A stretch of DNA of 49,590 nt from contig JAAYGP010000274.1 of assembly GCA_012727625.1 (NCBI GenBank), positions 1 to 49,590 of the forward strand. The letters are read 5' to 3'. Positions within the stretch are counted from its first letter, which is position 1. Each line of letters begins with the position of its first letter. The translations under genes were made by a program, and so were the position numbers. Below, piece after piece: positions 45,955 through 49,590 of this stretch. Under the pieces are notes generated by a model. It was not told the DNA's origin, made no database searches, and was given only the letters and a program-made list of their open reading frames with translations. The DNA comes from Clostridiaceae bacterium. Lineage in GTDB: Bacteria; Bacillota; Clostridia; DSM-8532.

Positions 45955-45989
45955 GCCCTTTTATTTTCAGAATAAAAGGGCTTTTTTTT
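45955..45989 (+). terminator. Strong rho-independent terminator
   Basis: GCCCTTTTAT (45955-45964), loop TTTCAGA, ATAAAAGGGC (45972-45981), T8 (45982-45989). Confidence 0.85.
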
Positions 45990-46180
45990 ATGATGGTTCA
46001 TGGTAAACTTATATTATAATTGTTTCCAGATGGTTGCCTCCCGAAAAGTCGTATAACGATTTTCAGTGTTTTTGAACTGAGGTTGCCTGTATTTTATATT
46101 ATAAAATATTAAGCTCAATCAAGTATTCTCAGGTAAGCCTTTACCTGTTTGTCCGGACAACTCGTTTAGGAGGGGAATCT

Positions 46181-47674
46181 GTGCGTCATATAGTTGGAGT
46201 TGTTTTTTCAGTTGCAGCGGTTTTACTTGTAATGATGTGTATGCCCCGGACGGGCGCAATATACACACATGATTCTCAGTCATATGAATATGCCGCATCA
46301 ACTTTGCTTGAGTCAGGAGAAATGAAATACTTCGGATATGATACGCCAATTATCCAATGGCCGCCTTTTTACATTTTTGTATCTGCCGCAATAAAACTCG
46401 CGGGGGTTCCTTTTGCTCAGGGCGCGGCATGGGTTAACGCTTTTGCCTTTGCATATCTTGTTTATACCGCAAGTGTCTTTTTATTTGACTGTCTGAATGT
46501 TAAATGGCTTGCTGTTCCGGCGCTTGCCATGATTATAATTTCAGTGCCTCTTATTTTCATCTCAGGTTATGCCTGGTCTGAAATGCTGTTTATTTTTCTG
46601 TCTGTGCTTTCAATTGCGCTGATTCTTGAATATATAAAAAGGGAGAAGCAGTCATGGCTTGTTGCTGCGACTGTTATCTCAAGCCTTTGCTGGCTTACAA
46701 GGTATATAGGCATTGTGGTTATTGGTGTTTCGGCAATAGTTCTGCTTATTTGGGTTGAGCCATTTTGGGAAAAAATTAAAAAGACCTTTGTTTACATGGT
46801 TTTTTCATGTTTTCCAATGGCATTATGGGTGATAAGAAATTATATTTTTTCAGAAACCTTTACCGGTGGAAGATTGCCAGGCATATACACATTTAAGGAT
46901 AATGCTGATTTTTCCATGGAGACTTTCAAAGGATGGATTTCCTTTTCCAACCCAATGTTTGCCTGGATTTCAGCGGCTTTGTTTGCTTTATTTGCCATGC
47001 TGGCAATTTCAATGAAAAAAAACTCCAGGAAGAAGAAAAAAAGCTCTCCTGAGCTGTTTGCGTTTTTTCTTTATATAGTATTGTATTGCGGGGTTTTGCT
47101 TATTTCGGCCTCAAAGTCGGGAATGGATCCCCTGGATGACCGGTTATGGTCCCCGGTATTCCCTTTCTGGATTTTCACCCTGGTTTTGGCTTTTGACAGG
47201 CTTTTTAGCAGTATAAAAATGACAAAGGCAGTGAAATGGATGGCCGCAGGATTTACATTGTCCGCCGTAATTGCTGTTGTAAATCCTGCAATATGGCTCC
47301 AAAGCGAGGGACTGCCCAGGAAGGATGCCCTGATTGGTTCCAAGGAATCACCCATTGCTAAGCAATCGCCGGTACTTAAGTTTGCAATGGAACATATAAA
47401 ACCTGACGCAGACACCCTTGTAATAAGCAATAAAGCATCTGATTTCGCATTGCACACAAATTTGAAATGCTATTACCCGCCCAAAAAAAATGGTATTCCT
47501 CTTTACTCATACAGTCAATACAGTGAACGTATAGAGAATTTCAAGACTATATATCTTGTTTGGGCAGGAGACCCAATATCCGAGAGTTTTATGGACATAC
47601 CCGAATTCAGGGAGAAGTATGAACTTGAAAAAACTGCTCAAAATGAGTATTGTATAATATATAGGCTGAAGTGA
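46181..47674 (+). CDS. GT-C fold, polyprenyl-phosphate-sugar-dependent glycosyltransferase (ArnT/PMT_2-like)
   Basis: About 11-12 TM helices. First loop AIYTHDSQSYEYAASTLLESG with acidic residues as in GT-C enzymes. Soluble C-terminal domain. AGGAGGGG RBS upstream of the GTG. Confidence 0.65.
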   Translation: MRHIVGVVFSVAAVLLVMMCMPRTGAIYTHDSQSYEYAASTLLESGEMKYFGYDTPIIQWPPFYIFVSAAIKLAGVPFAQGAAWVNAFAFAYLVYTASVFLFDCLNVKWLAVPALAMIIISVPLIFISGYAWSEMLFIFLSVLSIALILEYIKREKQSWLVAATVISSLCWLTRYIGIVVIGVSAIVLLIWVEPFWEKIKKTFVYMVFSCFPMALWVIRNYIFSETFTGGRLPGIYTFKDNADFSMETFKGWISFSNPMFAWISAALFALFAMLAISMKKNSRKKKKSSPELFAFFLYIVLYCGVLLISASKSGMDPLDDRLWSPVFPFWIFTLVLAFDRLFSSIKMTKAVKWMAAGFTLSAVIAVVNPAIWLQSEGLPRKDALIGSKESPIAKQSPVLKFAMEHIKPDADTLVISNKASDFALHTNLKCYYPPKKNGIPLYSYSQYSERIENFKTIYLVWAGDPISESFMDIPEFREKYELEKTAQNEYCIIYRLK

Positions 47675-47824
47675 CAGTCTTATGTAAGGCTTGTTTTTAT
47701 GAAACAGCTGCATTGAATATTATCGTACACATAAAGGCAGCCTTTTATAAGGCTTGCTTTAATCTGCTGCCAGTTAATATAGAGGCAGAAATTAACAGCC
47801 GGTTTTAAATACCAGGGAGAAAAA

Positions 47825-48688
47825 ATGCTGAAGCAATTAATTAAACTGATAAGACCAAAACAATGGGTTAAAAATGTTTTCGTATTGGCACCACTGGTGT
47901 TCTCAAGAAAATTCACAAACCCGGAAGCTGTTATAAGGGCATTCTTTGCCATGTTATGCTTTATCGCCGCATCATCTGCTGTTTATATTCTGAACGACAT
48001 TTTAGATCTTGAAAAAGACAGGCTTCATGAAACAAAACGCTTAAGACCCTTGGCATCCGGAAAGCTCAGCAGTACAAACGCTGTAATTTTTATGCTGATT
48101 CTTTTGTCATTAAGCCTTATACCAGCCTTTTTTATAAGCAGAGGGGTTCTTTTCTGCATTGTTGCCTATGTTTTGATGAACATTTTATACAGCACAATTC
48201 TGAAAAACTTTGTGATTGTGGATATCATGGCAATTGCTCTTGGCTTTGTGATCAGGGTAATTTGCGGTGCGGTGGCAATTCCGGTGTATATTTCTTCCTG
48301 GGTCCTTCTATGCACATTTTTCATTGCCCTTTGTATTGGTGCCGGCAAGCGAAAAGCGGAAAAAGCAGTGTTAAACGACGATTCAGCAATGCATAGGCGC
48401 GTGTTGTCCAGTTATACCGACAGTTTTTTGAAAAGCCTGATACAGATAAGCATAACAGGTTCTGCCATAACATATTCATTGTATACTGTTTTGGAATATG
48501 ACATACAGATACCCATGATAACCATACTATTTGTTTTTTACGGCCTTTTCAGGTATATGCAGCTTGTTCTTGCGGAAGATGAGGAAAGACTTCCCGAGGA
48601 AATAATACTTTCAGATGTCCCCTTGATGGCAAGTATTATTCTTTTTGGCATATCCTGGATTGCTATATTCCTTGCATATGGGTTATGA
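47825..48688 (+). CDS. UbiA-family polyprenyl-phosphate phosphoribosyltransferase (DPPR synthase / Rv3806c-like)
   Basis: LIRPKQWVKNVFVLAPLVFS and YILNDILDLEKD (NDxxDxxxD) ...RPLASG; 8-9 TM helices. Confidence 0.8.
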   Translation: MLKQLIKLIRPKQWVKNVFVLAPLVFSRKFTNPEAVIRAFFAMLCFIAASSAVYILNDILDLEKDRLHETKRLRPLASGKLSSTNAVIFMLILLSLSLIPAFFISRGVLFCIVAYVLMNILYSTILKNFVIVDIMAIALGFVIRVICGAVAIPVYISSWVLLCTFFIALCIGAGKRKAEKAVLNDDSAMHRRVLSSYTDSFLKSLIQISITGSAITYSLYTVLEYDIQIPMITILFVFYGLFRYMQLVLAEDEERLPEEIILSDVPLMASIILFGISWIAIFLAYGL

Positions 48689-48721
48689 TAAATTATACAG
48701 CAAGGTGAAAAGGATGAGGAT

Positions 48722-49590
48722 ATGATTCGGACAGTAATTAATGTTTTGTTTAAAAGGCCAATCCTGGCAATTTATGATGTTACAAAGCTTTGCAATCAGC
48801 GTTGCCTTATGTGTAATATATGGAAGACAAAAAGTGAAGACATGAACCTTGAGCAGCTTGAAAAAGAGGTAAAAAAGCTTCACCGGTTTGGTGTGGGGTA
48901 TGTTTTTATCCAGGGTGGGGAGCCGCTTATCAGAAAAGATATTATTGAGGTAATCGATCTGTTTTTAAAATACCATATTAAGCCGACAATTATAACAAAC
49001 GGGATTCTGCTGACTTACGAAATCGCGTCTGAAATCGCAAAACGCCGGTGCAACCTGGCTATAAGCATAGATTCAATGGATCCGGAGCTGTTTGCAAAAC
49101 TTCGCGGTGCGGATAAGCTTCCGGAGGTTATTGCGAATATAGAGAAAATTTCGGATCTTGAAAGAAAGGGTAACTGGTCAATTACAACAACCGTAACAGG
49201 ACTTACGAGATTTGACGATGTAAAAAAGATTGAGGAATTTGCTGAAAAGCATGGTTTTATGTATGCAATAAGGCCATATATATTTGTACGCGGGGTGGCA
49301 GGGAAAAGGAATGACGAACTTGTGTACCGGTGGAAGGATGTTGCGGATATTTTCCTTTATATGTCCGCAAAGGCAAGGCAGAATAATTATCTTGCCTATC
49401 TTGTCTACCAGGAGCACATAAAGTATATAAAGGGTGAGGGAATGCCCATATGCGATGCCGCCAGGTATTCATTCGTCATGACGGAAACCGGCGCAAAAAG
49501 TCCCTGTATTGAATTTACCGACCGTAACTTTAACCTGGAAACTTTCCGAAAAGACAAAAAATGTTTTTATGCCAGCATAAAGGAATGCAA
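48722..49590 (+). CDS. Radical SAM protein with a Cys-rich (SPASM/twitch-like) C-terminal part; 3'-partial, not in the supplied ORF track
   Basis: My own translation is open from the ATG at 48722 to the window end: MIRTVINVLFKRPILAIYDVTKLCNQRCLMCNIW (CxxxCxxC) ...FIQGGEPL...; later PICDAARY..SPCIEF..KKCFYASIKEC. Confidence 0.85.
   Translation, partial: MIRTVINVLFKRPILAIYDVTKLCNQRCLMCNIWKTKSEDMNLEQLEKEVKKLHRFGVGYVFIQGGEPLIRKDIIEVIDLFLKYHIKPTIITNGILLTYEIASEIAKRRCNLAISIDSMDPELFAKLRGADKLPEVIANIEKISDLERKGNWSITTTVTGLTRFDDVKKIEEFAEKHGFMYAIRPYIFVRGVAGKRNDELVYRWKDVADIFLYMSAKARQNNYLAYLVYQEHIKYIKGEGMPICDAARYSFVMTETGAKSPCIEFTDRNFNLETFRKDKKCFYASIKEC

Noticed and set aside
1-49590. CRISPR arrays, tRNA/rRNA genes, IS elements, and prophage or defence-system genes
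   Set aside because: I scanned for regularly spaced direct repeats, tRNA T-arm motifs (GGTTCGAATCC-like) and transposase or integrase-like ORFs. None was found. The only dispersed repeats are those reported above.

Overview
The window comes from a low-GC, spore-forming Firmicute that looks Clostridia-like. Evidence for this is an SLH surface protein, a SipL-type LysM coat gene, rpsF-ssb, ispE and mscL.

Positions ~2.5-25.1 kb form one co-directional, visibly AT-rich Wzx/Wzy-type surface-glycan locus. It encodes:
- a wHTH regulator and a Wzz-like co-polymerase
- a giant Wzy_C 'ligase-like' protein
- an unusual aldolase / PLP-decarboxylase / class-IV aminotransferase trio around the priming sugar transferase
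- GT2, GT4 and an O-acetyltransferase
- Wzy and Wzx
- rmlA-rmlB-aminotransferase-GNAT-rmlC
- a WbpO/WbpP-type pair for UDP-GalNAcA

The remaining content, in order:
- a fused nucleotidyltransferase-GHMP kinase (25.2-27.9 kb)
- a two-gene module (B12-binding mutase-like protein plus an AlbA_2/wHTH regulator) bracketed by clusters of an exact 12-mer
- a histidine-kinase remnant
- capD, mscL and a LoaP-like NusG paralogue
- a MoxR-DUF58-membrane protein triad
- a nitroreductase
- sporulation-associated genes
- ispE and a GntR regulator
- rpsF-ssb, where a duplicated ~200-nt structured element flanks ssb and no rpsR is present
- a GT-C / UbiA-phosphoribosyltransferase / radical-SAM locus that runs off the 3' end

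I found no rRNA, tRNA, CRISPR array or transposase. All functional calls rest on motifs recognised by eye in the supplied translations. No database search was run.
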